From IMG/VR virus record IMGVR_UViG_3300025655_000154, positions 1-33,938 of that record: DNA of 33,938 nt; one strand, written 5' to 3'. This document shows, piece after piece, positions 33,812 through 33,938 of this stretch. Source of the DNA: a virus. Its lineage: Duplodnaviria; Caudoviricetes. Numbering within the stretch: the stretch's first letter is position 1; the number at the start of each line of letters is the position of its first letter. The position numbers and the translations under genes are program-made. The notes beneath the pieces are model-generated. The model was given only the letters and a program-made list of their open reading frames with translations, had not been told where the DNA came from and ran no database searches.

Positions 33812-33871
33812 CCCCCCACCCCCCATAAGCAGCAGTTATGGTGCCCCCCCACCCACCCTCCCTTAATCCCC
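33812..33871 (-). other. G-quadruplex-forming motif on the minus strand
   Basis: 33844-33862 reads GGGAGGGTGGGTGGGGGGG on the minus strand; further G6-T-G6 at 33812-33824. Confidence 0.6.
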
Positions 33872-33938
33872 TCAAACAATCCTAGTAACTTTACGTTTGA
33901 AAATTTGTCGCATATGTATTTTTCAAATACCCCTTACT

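Overview
An AT-rich fragment of a tailed dsDNA bacteriophage genome, podovirus-like and probably marine; host and taxonomy cannot be fixed from the sequence alone. Order along the window: (1) 1-10.1 kb, an HNH endonuclease, a small basic protein and five large putative internal-virion/ejection proteins; (2) 10.1-23.0 kb, a replication module (SNF2-type helicase on the minus strand, SSB-like protein, AEP primase, AlkB-like 2OG-Fe(II) dioxygenase, UvrD-like helicase, Leu762-type PolA, PD-(D/E)XK nuclease). This module is interrupted by a separately promoted four-gene thymidine-hypermodification cassette (SAM methyltransferase, aGPT-Pplase1-type protein, dUMP hydroxymethylase-like TS homologue, Nmad1-like protein) with no 5-hmdU kinase in the window; (3) 23.1-31.7 kb, an early/accessory region of small ORFs driven by a repeated CGCTTTACTTT-N-TAnnnT promoter with an AGAAAGGAGAAA RBS; (4) 31.8-33.9 kb, an ori-like AT-rich repeat region, terS, two duplicated cassettes (heptamer repeats + promoter + winged-helix-like paralogue) and a G-quadruplex motif. 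The most unusual feature is an RNA layer: a ~465-nt five-domain pseudoknotted ncRNA region, a double-pseudoknot RNA, and several hairpin RNAs whose loops are complementary to the RBS/start codons of the phage's own early genes. All structures and pairings were derived by hand, not computed. No tRNA, rRNA, CRISPR array or integrase was recognised.
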